A stretch of 64,000 nt of DNA from a virus: the IMG/VR virus record IMGVR_UViG_3300043427_003501, positions 8,548-72,547 of that record, one strand, 5' to 3'. This document shows positions 36,095-48,900 of the stretch, in pieces. A model generated the notes under the pieces. The model did not search any database. It worked only from the letters and a program-made list of their open reading frames with translations, and was not told the DNA's origin. The position numbers and the translations under genes are program-made. Each line of letters begins with the position of its first letter. The first letter of the stretch is position 1.

Positions 36095-39000
36095 ATGCTC
36101 GGTGGTGAAATTAAAGTCGTGATGACCCTGGATAACGGGCAATTCACGATTCAAACTCAGAAGTCTGGCCAGGTAATCAAGGAGCTCAAGCGTACCCTTG
36201 AGGACACTGCTCGCTCTACCAAAGTTCTCGAGCAACGCTTCACGGGTCTCTACGGCCGTTTTCAGGACTTGGTGAAGACCGCATCGCTGCTGCGGTATGC
36301 CCTGCACGACATCCATGATGTCTTTGCGGCTCTACCTGGGGCCATTCTCAAGTCGTCGGGTGAAATTGAGCGCATGACTCTCCTTATGGAGGGCTTGAGC
36401 AAGCAGACCGACTCGGCGGCTAAGCGAGCGGAGGCTCTGTCGAACGTCAAGTTCGTGTTCGACATGGCGCAGAAGAACCCCTTCGACGTCAAGGCGCTTA
36501 CCGACTCCTTCGTCAAGTTCAAGTCTGCAGGGCTTGATCCCACCAACGGCAGCTTGCAGGCCCTTGTGGACTCGGTGGCACGCTTCGGTGGCACTTCCGA
36601 GGCGCTAAAGCGAGCCTCGATCGCGATTCAGCAGATGGCGGGCAAGGGCGTCATCTCGATGGAAGAACTGCGACAGCAGTTGGGTGAAGCTGTGCCCAAC
36701 GCCATCAACATGATGGCTGATGGTGCAGGCATGTCGATGGCCAAGTTCACCAAGCTCGTCTCGACGGGCACGGTGGAGGCATCGACCTCGCTGAACAACA
36801 TGTTTGCCATCATGAAGTTCCAGAACGACGGCGCTGCCGCCGCAATGATGCAGTCGTGGACCGGCATGCTGGCGCTTCTCTCCACCAAGTTCGAACTCTT
36901 CAAGAAGGAGGTCGGTGACAACGCATTCTTCGAGGAGTCGAAGAAGCAGCTCCAGGACATCATCGACCTCTTCGGGCAACCGCAAGCCAAGGCCTTTGCG
37001 AACGACCTTGGCGAAAGCCTTGCTCAGATCGTTCGCGCTCTTCGATCCGTCATCGAGACGGTTGTGGAGTGGTGGGGCGTCATCAAGCTCGCCGGCCAGG
37101 CATTCCTTGCCTATTTCGCGATCACGAAGGTCCAGGCAATGTTCAACGCCCTTCGTGGCGTATTTATGGCCAAGGTTGGCCTGTACCAGACAGATGTTGC
37201 AGCTCAGCGCGCCGCATTGGCTGACAAGTTGAATGCAGCGAATCAGGAAATTGCCGCTGAAAGACAGCGCTACGCGCAAAAGGTAGCAACCATTGCCGCA
37301 ATCAGGGATGCCGAACTGAATGCGCATGCCAACCAAGCGTATGACCAAGAAAAAGCCGCGAAGCAGAAGTTGACTGCTCTGCAAAAGGAACGAGCGGAGG
37401 CTTTTAAGCACTATCAGACACTCAATCAGCTCCATCAGCAGCACTTGATGCAGAAGATGGCTGCGGAATTGGCTGCCGAAGCGGCAATGCGTCAAAAGAA
37501 GGCCGGCTCGGCGGCTCAAGCTAGAGCTTATACGGCAGAGGCTAATCGTCTTGGCGGCAACGCCGCATTGATCGGCGCTGAAGTTGCCAAAGCTAGAGAA
37601 CACTCCGCCGCCCTTGAGGCTCAGCGCATTGCTCTTCTGCGACAGATTGATGCCGCAAGAATGTCTACCGTTGCCAATTCGCAACAGGCGGCATCAGCCG
37701 CAGCCGCAGCCGCCCATGCTCGAGAAATGGCTCGTTTGCTTCAAGTTCAAGCGGGCGCAGCTACCGCAGCAGCATCAGGCGTGACGCTCTTTGGCCGAGC
37801 AATGTCGGGCCTGGGCGTCGTATTCAACGCTTTTGGCGGTTGGGTAGGTGTAGCAATCGGCGTACTGGTAACGCTCGGCTCAAAACTCTATGAGTACATG
37901 AATCGCTGGGAGGAGTTTCGCAAGGCAGTAGATCGAACTAAGAGAGGCATGTCTTCTGCGGAAGATATGGAACGGTTTAAGAAAAATGCTGAAGAGTCCA
38001 AGGGTGAAATTGAAGCGCTAAGCAGAGCCCTTAAAGACTTTGACGCTCTTTCTACTGACCAGCAAAGGGCTTTCGCCTTTTCAATGGGTAGTCGAACAAA
38101 GCCCAACGCACAAGGTCGCCAAGAGGGTGATGCTGGGGAATATCGAAGAAGGCTTCAAGAGGGGCTGAATAAGCAGATTGCGATCTATACAGAGGCGCAA
38201 AATGGCCTTGCCGAGCAGAAGCGCCTGATTCGTGAAGAGGCAATTGCCACGGAAAGCTCACAGTACCAGCGCGAGTATGAGCGCGGTGTAATGGCTCAGT
38301 TGCGCACCTTTCAGGAAGGGGTAACCAGACTTACTCAAGAAGAGCAAGAGGCTCTAAAGAAGGCTCGGGATGCTGCTGCCGCCAAGGGAAGAAAGCTGAC
38401 CCAAGGCGAAGAAGAAGCGCTTCGCAAGCGCTACATCGATGCTCGCAATGCAATAGTTCAACAGGAGGCTCAATATCGTCTGACTTATGCACTGGAGAAG
38501 GATAAGACTCTCCAAAGCATGATTGCGGTCGAGAGTGACCCGAAGAAGCTCGAAGTTTTGAAGGCTCAGCGCGACTTTGTTGCTCAGCAGATTCAGGCGG
38601 CTCGCGAGCGAATTGTCGGTACGGTCAATTTAGGCAAAACCAATACGGCTGTTAAAGACCCCAAACCTAAGCTGCGCGAAGACCCGCTGGTGCGCATGGC
38701 TGCAGACCTTGAAGCAGCCGTTATTGCCGCCAGAATCAAGTACGAAGACGTTCTGGACGAAGGGCGAACCCTCAAAGCGTTGAAGAATCAAGTTGCCGTT
38801 GAAGTCTTCGGAGATATGGCTGAGGGCAAGTTTGATAGCAAGGAGCAAAACGCCGACGGTGAAATGGTGCCCAATTTTATGGGCGGTAAGGATGCACGGA
38901 AACTATACGCGCAAAACTTCATTGGCTTTCTCGAACTTAACAAAGGAGGCGTTGAGGAATTTATCGCAACTCTCGACAACCTTAAGGACAAGGAAGCCAT

Positions 39001-40510
39001 CCTCAAGCGTATCAACGACTTGTTCATCCTTCGGCAATACACCGAAGGCACTCAAGCTATTGAGCAAGCGCGTCAGATTGGAATTGGGGCTGCGAATGAT
39101 CTCAAGAACGCCTCAATCGACGTTGCAGACAATGGCCTGAGCAGAGAGAGCGCAGCACTCAATGCCGTAATCGAGCAGTTCAACAAGTTGGAGGCTAAGG
39201 TTCGCGCTTCTGGCAAGGGCTATGAAGAGTTCCAGCGTATTCGCGATAAGGCCGTCGGCGATGCTACGGCTGCTCGAGAGATCAAGGTTACCGCTGAGCT
39301 GAAGGAGGCAAACAATAAGTACATCCAAGATGTTAAGAAGGGTGTGGAAGAAAGTCGCCTTGCCAGAAGCAAGGCATCAATGGACTTTCGGCAGCTTGCT
39401 CGAGCTCAATACGAAGAAGAGCTAAGACTTTTCCAAGAGAAGGAAGATAAACAGCAGGCCGAGCTTACAGCTCGCATGCTGAATGGTTCAATTTCGTGGC
39501 AATTTTTCGAAAGCGAGAAGAGTCGCATCACAGCTGCCGGTGAGGCATATAGAACCGAAGCAATGGCTCGCTGGTTTGAAAACTCAAAGTCCGCAGTCGC
39601 GAAACTGAGGGATGAGTGGCAAAACTCTGTGAACGCGATGAACCAGGCCACGGCAAATTGGGCCAACTCCTTCATGGATCGGTTCATCAATGTCATCACT
39701 GGCGGCAGCTTCAAGTGGAAAGAATTCGTTGCCGGCATGGCTCGTGATCTGCTGGGTATGCTGATCAAGAAAGAGCTTGGTGGGGCGGTCGTAAAAATGT
39801 TTGGAGGTATTGGTCAAAAGATCGGACAGTCTCTTGGTTTGGTACCAGAAGCAACATCAACACGAGGTCAGTCACCCGATCAACCCATGTACGTTCAGGA
39901 TGTTTCAAGCGGCGTGGGTAAGGCGGCAAGCGAAGAGGGGATATTTAAGACCGTTAAGGATAAGCTCACAGATACTTGGGAACAACTCAAAAGCGGATTG
40001 AGTAATGTTTGGGACAGCCTTAAAAGCGGCTTTGATAGCGTTATGGGCTGGCTCAAAGATGGAATGAGTTGGATCACAGAGGGTCTGTCGAGCTTCTTTG
40101 GAAGCGGTGGTGGTGGCGGCGATATGTTGGCGACAATCATGTCCTTCTTTGGTTTTGCAAAGGGTGGGGTGATGACAGGTTCAGGCCCCATGCCTCTCAA
40201 GCGATATGCAATGGGCGGGATTGCTAAGAGTCCACAACTTGCTATGTTTGGAGAAGGCTCAACGCCCGAAGCGTATGTCCCACTACCTGACGGACGTTCA
40301 ATCCCCGTTTCGATGTCGGCTGCACCAGTGACAAATAACGGCGGTACCGCCGTCTACATCACTATCAACGTCGATGAAAACGGACAAGATCAAGAAACTT
40401 CGGGGTCTGGCGATGCAGAGACATGGAAAGTGATGGCAAGTCGTGTGAAGGGTGTTGTGATGGAAGAGCTTGTTAAGCAACAGCGCCCTGGCGGCGTCTT
40501 GTACAAATAA
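36095..40510 (+). CDS. tape measure protein
   Basis: 1471 aa helical; QMAGKGVISMEELRQQLGE domain; FAKGG...MFGEG..PEA.VPL C-terminus. Confidence 0.93.
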   Translation: MLGGEIKVVMTLDNGQFTIQTQKSGQVIKELKRTLEDTARSTKVLEQRFTGLYGRFQDLVKTASLLRYALHDIHDVFAALPGAILKSSGEIERMTLLMEGLSKQTDSAAKRAEALSNVKFVFDMAQKNPFDVKALTDSFVKFKSAGLDPTNGSLQALVDSVARFGGTSEALKRASIAIQQMAGKGVISMEELRQQLGEAVPNAINMMADGAGMSMAKFTKLVSTGTVEASTSLNNMFAIMKFQNDGAAAAMMQSWTGMLALLSTKFELFKKEVGDNAFFEESKKQLQDIIDLFGQPQAKAFANDLGESLAQIVRALRSVIETVVEWWGVIKLAGQAFLAYFAITKVQAMFNALRGVFMAKVGLYQTDVAAQRAALADKLNAANQEIAAERQRYAQKVATIAAIRDAELNAHANQAYDQEKAAKQKLTALQKERAEAFKHYQTLNQLHQQHLMQKMAAELAAEAAMRQKKAGSAAQARAYTAEANRLGGNAALIGAEVAKAREHSAALEAQRIALLRQIDAARMSTVANSQQAASAAAAAAHAREMARLLQVQAGAATAAASGVTLFGRAMSGLGVVFNAFGGWVGVAIGVLVTLGSKLYEYMNRWEEFRKAVDRTKRGMSSAEDMERFKKNAEESKGEIEALSRALKDFDALSTDQQRAFAFSMGSRTKPNAQGRQEGDAGEYRRRLQEGLNKQIAIYTEAQNGLAEQKRLIREEAIATESSQYQREYERGVMAQLRTFQEGVTRLTQEEQEALKKARDAAAAKGRKLTQGEEEALRKRYIDARNAIVQQEAQYRLTYALEKDKTLQSMIAVESDPKKLEVLKAQRDFVAQQIQAARERIVGTVNLGKTNTAVKDPKPKLREDPLVRMAADLEAAVIAARIKYEDVLDEGRTLKALKNQVAVEVFGDMAEGKFDSKEQNADGEMVPNFMGGKDARKLYAQNFIGFLELNKGGVEEFIATLDNLKDKEAILKRINDLFILRQYTEGTQAIEQARQIGIGAANDLKNASIDVADNGLSRESAALNAVIEQFNKLEAKVRASGKGYEEFQRIRDKAVGDATAAREIKVTAELKEANNKYIQDVKKGVEESRLARSKASMDFRQLARAQYEEELRLFQEKEDKQQAELTARMLNGSISWQFFESEKSRITAAGEAYRTEAMARWFENSKSAVAKLRDEWQNSVNAMNQATANWANSFMDRFINVITGGSFKWKEFVAGMARDLLGMLIKKELGGAVVKMFGGIGQKIGQSLGLVPEATSTRGQSPDQPMYVQDVSSGVGKAASEEGIFKTVKDKLTDTWEQLKSGLSNVWDSLKSGFDSVMGWLKDGMSWITEGLSSFFGSGGGGGDMLATIMSFFGFAKGGVMTGSGPMPLKRYAMGGIAKSPQLAMFGEGSTPEAYVPLPDGRSIPVSMSAAPVTNNGGTAVYITINVDENGQDQETSGSGDAETWKVMASRVKGVVMEELVKQQRPGGVLYK

Positions 40511-40525
40511 GTCACGGGTGACACA

Positions 40526-40864
40526 ATGGCGCTAACATTCAACTACGTACCTGAGTGGGGCAGCAAGCTCGAACAAGAGCCCCGCGTACTCACCACGAAG
40601 TTCGGTGACGGTTACGAAATCCGCTCCCCTGACGGAATCAACAATAACCCCGAAAAGTGGACTCTTCAGTTCACGATGGGAACAGCTAACGCTTCACAAG
40701 CTCTTGCCTTTCTACAGCAACGAAATGGCGTCGAGGCTTTCTGGTGGAAGAATCCATTTGAAGTGACTAAGTTGTACAAGTGCTCAAAATGGACATTTGG
40801 TAGGGAGCGTGGATACAATGTCCTCAGCATGACATTCGAACAGGTCTTTGAAGCCGCAACATGA
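40526..40864 (+). CDS. minor tail protein M-like (distal tail)
   Basis: KFGDGYE.R..DGINN...F.W...FEQVF. Confidence 0.9.
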   Translation: MALTFNYVPEWGSKLEQEPRVLTTKFGDGYEIRSPDGINNNPEKWTLQFTMGTANASQALAFLQQRNGVEAFWWKNPFEVTKLYKCSKWTFGRERGYNVLSMTFEQVFEAAT

Positions 40865-41559
40865 TTCGCACAGAGATTCAAAAGCTGGAGCAATCGGCTC
40901 TCGTTCAACTTTTCGTACTGGATTCCACCAATCTTCCTGGCGGATCAATCCTTCGGTTTCATGCTGGAACAAACCAGTTGAGTCAGCCTGTTGTTTGGCA
41001 AGGTCAGACATACACGCCTCTGCCCATTCAAGCAGATGGATTTGACGTCAGTGCAAAGGGAGCTTTGCCGCGCCCAAAGATGGTGGTGGCCAACGTGGGT
41101 GGTTTCGTCTCGGCCGAACTGGCTGATATGGACGATCTGATCGGCGCTCGCGTCATTCGAAAGCGCACTTTTGCAAAGTACCTAGATGCGGTCAATTTCC
41201 CCGGTGGCGTCAATGCAACTGCCGACCCCAACCAATACCTGCCTGACGACATCTGGTACGTCGAGCGCAAGGTAATGGAAGATAAGAAGGTGGTTGAATT
41301 CGAACTCTCATCGGCGTTTGACTTGATGGGCGTCCAACTGCCCAATCGCCAAATCATTCAAAACTCCTGCCCTTGGCCATATCGAGGCACGGTTTGCGGC
41401 TATACAGGTACCGGCTACACGAAGGATAACTTGCCCACGACGGCCAACTCCGCCACCGATGTGTGCAACAAAACGCTGACAGCCTGCCGCACTCGGTTTG
41501 GAACTAGCGTCATTCGGTTTGGCGGGTTTCCAGGAGCAGTGCGTGGAACTAGCGGATGA
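40861..41559 (+). CDS. minor tail protein L-like
   Basis: VWQGQ.Y...RT.AKYLDAVNF...CPWPYRG..CGY...C.K...C...FGGFPG. Confidence 0.92.
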   Translation: MIRTEIQKLEQSALVQLFVLDSTNLPGGSILRFHAGTNQLSQPVVWQGQTYTPLPIQADGFDVSAKGALPRPKMVVANVGGFVSAELADMDDLIGARVIRKRTFAKYLDAVNFPGGVNATADPNQYLPDDIWYVERKVMEDKKVVEFELSSAFDLMGVQLPNRQIIQNSCPWPYRGTVCGYTGTGYTKDNLPTTANSATDVCNKTLTACRTRFGTSVIRFGGFPGAVRGTSG

Positions 41560-42295
41560 CTTCAATGAAAAGGCTCGAGCTCTTGCCGAGCAAAGCTATC
41601 CCAACGAAGCCTGCGCTCTGCTTGTTGGAGTAGGAAAGCGATCAAAGTTCTTTGCTTGTCGCAACATCTCTACCGACCCGACATCGCAATTCCTGATTCA
41701 TCCTGACGATTACATCGCCGCTGAAAGCGCGGGTGACATCATCGGTTTGTGGCACTCTCACACAAACACGAACTCAAGCCCCTCTGAGATTGACATTGCC
41801 TGCTGTGAAGCGATGGAAGTGCCCTGGATCATCTCCTCGATCTGGCAGGAGAATGAAGAGTTCAAGCATGGTCCGATGACGACCATCACACCTCTAGGCG
41901 AACCCCTTGAGTATGTTGGGCGACCCTACGTCTTTGGCCAGATCGACTGCTACTCATTGACGGTGGACTTCTATAAGCGCGAGTTCGGCATCGTCCTTCC
42001 GCCATTCAAAGATCGTCGAATCGACTTCTGGTGGAAAAACGGTACCGACTACTTTGGAAACTTGTACAAGGAACAGGGCTTTCAAGATGTTGAAGGAGAG
42101 TGGAAACGTGGAGATGTGGTGATGTTTGGTGTTGGCTCTGACATTCCAAATCACGTTGCAATCTACCTTGGTGCCGGTATAATTCTTCATCATGTTGTAA
42201 ACCGCCTCTCTCGAAGAGAGGAGTGTTCACCCTACTGGTCGGAGAAGGTCGTTCGTTGCGTCCGACATAAAGATGCTCACCAAAGTAATCCTTAG
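41543..42295 (+). CDS. tail assembly protein K-like (JAB + NlpC/P60)
   Basis: YPNEAC, HSH, DCY, NHVAIY...LHH. Confidence 0.9.
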   Translation: MELADDFNEKARALAEQSYPNEACALLVGVGKRSKFFACRNISTDPTSQFLIHPDDYIAAESAGDIIGLWHSHTNTNSSPSEIDIACCEAMEVPWIISSIWQENEEFKHGPMTTITPLGEPLEYVGRPYVFGQIDCYSLTVDFYKREFGIVLPPFKDRRIDFWWKNGTDYFGNLYKEQGFQDVEGEWKRGDVVMFGVGSDIPNHVAIYLGAGIILHHVVNRLSRREECSPYWSEKVVRCVRHKDAHQSNP

Positions 42296-42920
42296 CGGTC
42301 CCCTCGGCAAGAAATTTGGAAGGAACTGGGAGCTCGACGTCTCCGGTCCGGCCGAAGCTCTGCGTTTGATCGACGCCAATGTTACGGGCTTTCGTAAATG
42401 GATTGCCGATAACGCCAAAAAGTACCAAGAGTACCGAGTTACTGTGGAGTATGAGGACGGTCGTAAGGCTGACCTTGATAGCAATGAATTTGCCACTCAC
42501 TGTAAGGCGAAAACGATTCGATTTGCGCCGTTAATCAAGGGCGCATCAGGTGTGGCCAAAGTTATTGTGGGCGCCATCATGGTGGCGATAGCTTACTTTG
42601 TACCAGGCCCCTGGAGTCCATATCTCTACAAGATTGGCGCTGCCATGATACTTGGGGGAGTTGTGGAGCTACTCAGTCCGCGACCCAAGACCAAGAACCA
42701 GGATGGCACTGAGCTCAACTCCTACTACTTCGACGGACCTCTGAACACCGAACAACAAGGTCGGCCCGTGCCGCTCATTTATGGTCGTGTAATGACGGGT
42801 TCTCAGGCAATTTCTGCCTCCATTTCCATTGACGAACTGTCCATTCCCGCAGTCAAGCCTGAAGCTCCAGGCACAGATGTCTGGGTTGGTGAGTCCAATG
42901 GCTATATTGACGGTCCCTGA
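42273..42920 (+). CDS. tail assembly protein I-like
   Basis: L.G.LGKKFGR...SYYFDGPLNT..QG.PVPLIYGR. Confidence 0.9.
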   Translation: MLTKVILSGPLGKKFGRNWELDVSGPAEALRLIDANVTGFRKWIADNAKKYQEYRVTVEYEDGRKADLDSNEFATHCKAKTIRFAPLIKGASGVAKVIVGAIMVAIAYFVPGPWSPYLYKIGAAMILGGVVELLSPRPKTKNQDGTELNSYYFDGPLNTEQQGRPVPLIYGRVMTGSQAISASISIDELSIPAVKPEAPGTDVWVGESNGYIDGP

Positions 42921-42928
42921 GTATTCTA

Positions 42929-45900
42929 ATGAACGAAGTTAAAGACTCCCTACAGTCGCGAGCGCTGCTGTCCATTCTTGACCTTTTGGGTGAAGGCGAG
43001 ATTGCAGGTCTTGTAAATGGCGATCGGTCGATCTTCTTTAACGAGACCCCGCTTCGAAACGCTGACGGCACCTACAACTTCAAAGGCGTCACGACTGCCG
43101 GTACCTACGGAACAAATAATCAGTCACCACTGACGGGTTTTGGCAACTCGGTCGAGACGCCTTACAACATTGGCGTCAAGCTGAGCTTTCTCACTCCTTA
43201 TACGTTTGCAGTCACCAACTCCGCAGCCGACTTGGCGCGGGTCATTATCAATATCCCTGGACTTTCGAAGACCAATTCGGAAAACGGCGATATTAACGGC
43301 ACGACCGTTGAATACAAATTTCAACTTTCAACAGATGGCGGCCCATTTCAGGATGTCGCCGTCGATGCGGCATATGTAGATGATGTCACATGGTCCCAAG
43401 TCGGCGGTTACTGGCAAGTTACCGCACCTGCTGGCTCTTCGAAACTAACAGCCTCAATTACCGCAACCAGCACAGGCAACGGTGTTGGCCAAATCGTCTT
43501 TCAGCCGCAAGAGTTCAACGGCACCTCCTGGGTAAATCTGGGCGAGACAAAGACGGTTGAGGTTATCGGCGCCTGGGAGAACAGCTATAGCGAGGCTCCC
43601 GCATTCAAGACTCGCGCATCTTTGTCGATGCCTGTTGAGAGCGTCTACAGCACGATTCGATTTGTGCCAGTTTCGGTTCGACTTGACTCTGGAACCTCGA
43701 TCAGTCCGGCTCAGGGTAACGCATCGTACTGGAAGCGCAGTCCTACAGTCACGATCAGTGGCAAGACTCGCTCGAAGTACCAGCGAAGCCACATTCTGAG
43801 CTTGCCGACGCCGCGCACAAGCGCTCAAATTCGCGTCACTCGCCTTACAGCCGATGCGGCAGATTCGCTCACGGTAAACGAGACATGGATTGAATCGTTC
43901 ACTGAGATCACTTCGCTGAACATCAACTACCCGAATTCCGCACTCGTTGGCGTTCGAATCGATGCTCAGCAGTTCAACTCAATCCCGTCACGGGCGTATC
44001 TGGTTGACGGCCTGAAGATTCAGGTGCCGTCCAACTACAACCCTGTCACTCGAGTCTATACGGGAGTTTGGAACGGTACCTTTCAGACAGCGTACAGCAA
44101 CAACCCGGCCTGGGTACTGTATGACGTTCTAACGAACAACCGTTATGGTCTTGGAAATTACCTGACGCCATCGCAGGTAGACAAGGCGGCCCTCTACACA
44201 ATCGGCAAGTATTGCGACGAGCTTGTACCAGATGGGCAAGGCGGGACAGAGCCTCGCTTCACAATCAACACAGTCATTCAGAATGCTGCCGACGCCTACA
44301 AGGTGATCATGGACATCACCTCGGCATTCCGAGGTATGGCTTTTTGGGATGGTGGAGTTGTGGGTCTCATGCAGGATTCGCCTGCAGACCCCTCAATGCT
44401 CTACACCAATGCCAACGTAGTGGATGGCATGTTCTCGTACACCGGAAGTGCGAGAAAAGATCGGCATAGCGTCGTTCATGTGACATGGAACGACCCGTCG
44501 GACAACTATAAGCGCAAGGTTGAGTACGTCGAAGACCCTGAACTTATCCAGCGCTTCGGTATTCGCCGTACCGATACGCTGGCTTTTGGCTGTACATCGC
44601 GTGGTCAAGCCGCTCGTGTCGGTAAGTGGATTCTCTATACCGAGCGCTACGAATCTGATGTCATTCAGTTCAAAGTTGGCGTCGATTCTGCATTCTTGTC
44701 GCCAGGCGAAATCATCAAGATTCACGACCGCGACAAGTCAGGCAAGCGCTTCGGCGGCAGGCTGGTTTCTTGCACTACAACGGGCGCTACTCTCGACTCT
44801 GCCATCGAGCTGACCGCTGGAACAACCGTCATCTCTCTGATGATGCCGGATGGCACATTTGTCGAGCGCACTCTTGACCAAACCAACGGAACCTTCCTTA
44901 ACGTCACCTGGGCGCAGGCACTGACGCAACTGCCGGTCGCGGACGCTGTATGGATGGCGTCCCAGGGCACGCTGTCGCCGATGTTGGCGCGAGTCATTGG
45001 AATCGCTCAGGGCGAGGACAACACATTCGAGATTTCGGCGGTTGAGCACAATCCATCGAAGTTTGGAGCCATTGAGCTGGGGCTTGCTCTGCAGACGCAG
45101 ACAACCTCCATCATCGATCCGAAGTTTGTTGATACGCCGGAAAGCCTTCTGACCGTTGAGCGACAGCTTCTGAATGACCTCGGTCAGCCCGAAATTCGCC
45201 TTTCGATTTCGTGGTACAGCAATGCCGGTCGGCATGAAATTGCCTATCGAAACGTCAGTGTCGATAGAGGCTCTAACTGGACTCAACTCACGATTGAGAA
45301 CCAGAACTTCTTTGAGATCGTCAATCCTAGTTTGGGCGAGTACGAGATTGCCATCACCGCAATCAACCCTCTGGGCAGGCGTTCAAAGACGGCTCGAATC
45401 AACCACATCGTTGTTGGCAAAGTTGCCAACAGTGATCTGCCGACAGACCTGACGATTCGTCCCATCTTTAGCGGTATTGCGCTGACCTGGACAAACGCAG
45501 GCAACAAGGACTTCTCTGGTGTCGAAATCTGGCGCAATGCGTCGAACGCAATCGGAAGCGCACAGCACATCGACACAACAGCCTCGTCTACCTACACCGA
45601 CATGACGGTGGATGCGGCTGACGGTGAACGCTTCTACTGGATTCGTGCGTTTGATGTCTACGGCAACACGACCAGCTATGTAGGCCCTGTCAATGGGTCG
45701 GCGCTTGACCTTCCCGAAGGCACATACGATCCAACGCCCCCTCCAGCGCCAACCAATGTCACAACAAAGTCGATTGTTGGCGGTGTGGTTGTCAGCTGGG
45801 ATGCGCCAACTTACTCCAACCACCAAGTTGCAGAAATCTGGCGTGCGACGTCGAATATTTTGGGCGAAGCGCTTCTCATCGACGTCACGGCATCGAACTC

Positions 45901-48900
45901 CTACATCGACTATGTAGGTAACACCGGCACCTACTACTACTGGGTCCGCTTCCTCAGTGTGTCGGACATTGCTGGTCCGTACCAGGGCGTGAATGGTGTT
46001 GTGGGCACGCCTGTAGCCGATCCTGCTTTCTTGCTCGATCTGCTCAGTGGAGCTATCACAGAGGGCGAGCTGTACCAGGGTCTGAACGACCGACTCGACC
46101 TGATCGACGGCAATGGTGCCGGCTCGGTCAACGCACGAGTTGCTTTAGAAGCGGCAAATAGCGCACTAGCGTTGGCTCAAGAGATTGATGCGCGCTCCAC
46201 AGCAGACGCGATATTCGCACAGGTTGACTCTGCACTCAGTTCCGCTGCGTCTTCCACAAATCAATCTCTCTCTACCGAAATCAATGCACGAGCAGCCGCA
46301 GACAGCATTCTTACTGCCGCTGCAGCAGCGGGTGCCAGCTCCACGCAGGCAACCGCAGCATCTCTGGTTCAAGAGCAGAATGCCAGAAGCCTTGCGGAGG
46401 CTGCGCTTGCAGCTACAGACGCAAGTTTTGCCGCTCAACTCGCGAGTACCGCTTCTGCTCTGGCAAGCGAGACAGATGCTAGGCTGAGTAGTGATGCAAT
46501 TCTGTCCGCCACAAATGCCGTCATCGGCACCCAGATTCAAGATGCCGCGAACGCGCTTCTTCAGGAGCAGAATGCACGTTCTGTTGCCGATTCTGTAATC
46601 TCGGCGGCGAATAACTCTACTGCGGCAGCTGTACAAAATGCAGCCGCCTCTCTCATTGCAGAGACCAGAGATCGGCTTGCAGCAGACTCTTCGCTGACAT
46701 CTGTTGCCTCGGCACTGGGTACGCAGCTTCTTAATGCTACGTCTTCGATTGACGCGGAGGCTGGTGCGCGAGCGGCATCCGATGCAGTTCTTGCGGCAAC
46801 ATCGACGGTAATTGGAACTCAAGTCCAAGACGCCGCAATCGCGCTTCTTCAGGAGCAAAACGCCAGGACGGTTGCAGATGCGACCCTGAGTGCAACCTCG
46901 GGAGCTCTCAGTGCGGCTATTGCGGAAGCAGCGACGAATCTCATCGCCGAGCAGGCGAGCAGAGAAGCGACGGACGCACTCCTTTCTGCCGCTAACGCCG
47001 CCACAACAGCACAAGCACAGGCTACAAGCGCAGCTCTTGCCGATGAGCTCAATGCTCGCACCCTTGCGGATTCGACGATCAGTGCAGTAACTGCGACGCT
47101 TGGCACGCAGGTACAGGACGCGGCGAACTCTCTGCTGGCGGAGCAGAGCGCAAGAGCGCAAGCGGACAGCACGATTGCTGCTGCTACCCAAGCAACAGAG
47201 ATTCGCGCGCAAGATGCTGCGGCTGCCGTCCTTCAAGAGAAGAACGCTCGCGAAGTTGCGGATACGATTTTCGCAGCGGCAGATGCTGCGACCGATATTC
47301 GTGCGGCGACCATCTCGGCATCGCTTCAGACGGAGATCGATGCGCGAGCGCTCGCGGATTCCCTGAATGCGGCTAGGGCAGATGTGTTCGAAGTGCGGTC
47401 GGCCGAAATCGCCAACTCGGTTGTAGCCGAGATTGCGACAAGAGCGACCGCTGATAGCACCATTCAAGCGGCTCTGAATGCTGTTGACGCGACGGCCGGT
47501 CAGGCAGTTGCGGCAGTGTTTTCCGAGGTGGATCAGAGAACAACAGCTGATAGCGCCATTGCGGCTATTTCCTCGGGGCTGATCGCCGCCCAAGCAGGCA
47601 ACGCCGCTGCAATTCATACAGAACAGCAAGCTCGCGCTGACGCAGACTCGGCTTCTGCCGGAGTCTCGGCAACTCTTGCCGCTGCCTCTGCTGCATCCGC
47701 AGCAGCGCTGACCGTTGAACAAGGTGTTCGGGCCGATGCGGATTCTGCAAACGCTACCGCGACGGTGTCTCTAGGTGCGGCAGTTGGTCAGAACGCCGCC
47801 GCACTCATCGTTGAACAGCAGGTCCGAAGCGATTCGGACTCTGCCGCAGCGACCGCGTCAACCTCATTGGCAGCCGCAGTAGGTGCCAATACTGCAGCAA
47901 TCCAGAGTGAAGTTGCGGTTCGTGCGGGCGAGACCGGAGCGCTTGCATCCCAAGTAACGGCCATCGGCGTTGCTCTGGACGACAAAGCTAGCGTTAGCTC
48001 GGTAAACAGCCTTGCTTTGGATATCCAAACAATTGACGGAGAGCTTACAGCCCAGGGTCAGCAGATTGCCGCACTCTCGGCATCGATCAATACTGGAACA
48101 GAGGAGCTTCAGGCGGCTCTAGAGATCGAGCAACTCGTTCGAGCTTCCGAAACAGAGGCACTGACTAGCACAACTACTCTTCTGCAGGCTCAGACGAGCG
48201 AAAATGCCGCTGCAATCCAAAATGAGGCGCTTGCTCGAGCTACTGCTGATTCCGCAGAAGCTGCTCAACGAGTGATCCTCAGTGCTCGGGTTGATTCTGC
48301 GGAGCTGGGCATCGCATCTAACGCCGCCGCTCTGGTAACAGAGCAACAAGTCCGTGCAGATGCGGATAGTTCTGCAGCCGCTCAAGTATCTCAATTGAGT
48401 GCAGTAACAGCAGCTAGCTTTGCTGCAATCCAAACGGAGCAACAGACCCGTTCGGATGCTGATGGCGCAGTTGCTAGCCAGCTATCGCAACTGAGTGCGA
48501 CGGACGCAGCTAACACTGCGGCAATTCAAACAGAACAACAGACCCGAGCTGACGCTGATTCTGCTACCGCATCCCAACTTTCCGGACTGTATGCGGCAAC
48601 TCAGGCAAATGCAGCTTCGGTTCAAGTTGAACAGCAGGCAAGAGCAGACGCCGACGCGGCATCTGCTGCGCAGACCAGTGCTCTTGCGGCAACAACTGCG
48701 GCAAACTCGGCTGCATTGCTCGTTGAGCAACAGGCTCGTACCGACGCTGATAGTGCTACGGCAAGTCAGGTTACTTCACTCGCTTCTTCGGTAGCCGCAG
48801 GCGATAGCACAAATGCTGCTGCGCTGATCGTCGAGCAGCAGACTCGTGCGGACTCCGACAGTGCTCTTTCGACCCAAGTCGGAGTTCTTACGGCGTCGGC

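Noticed and set aside
46166-47722. 518-aa antisense ORF and other ORFs overlapping J, tape measure and capsid genes
   Set aside because: Cys/Arg-rich shadow frames caused by codon bias of the sense gene
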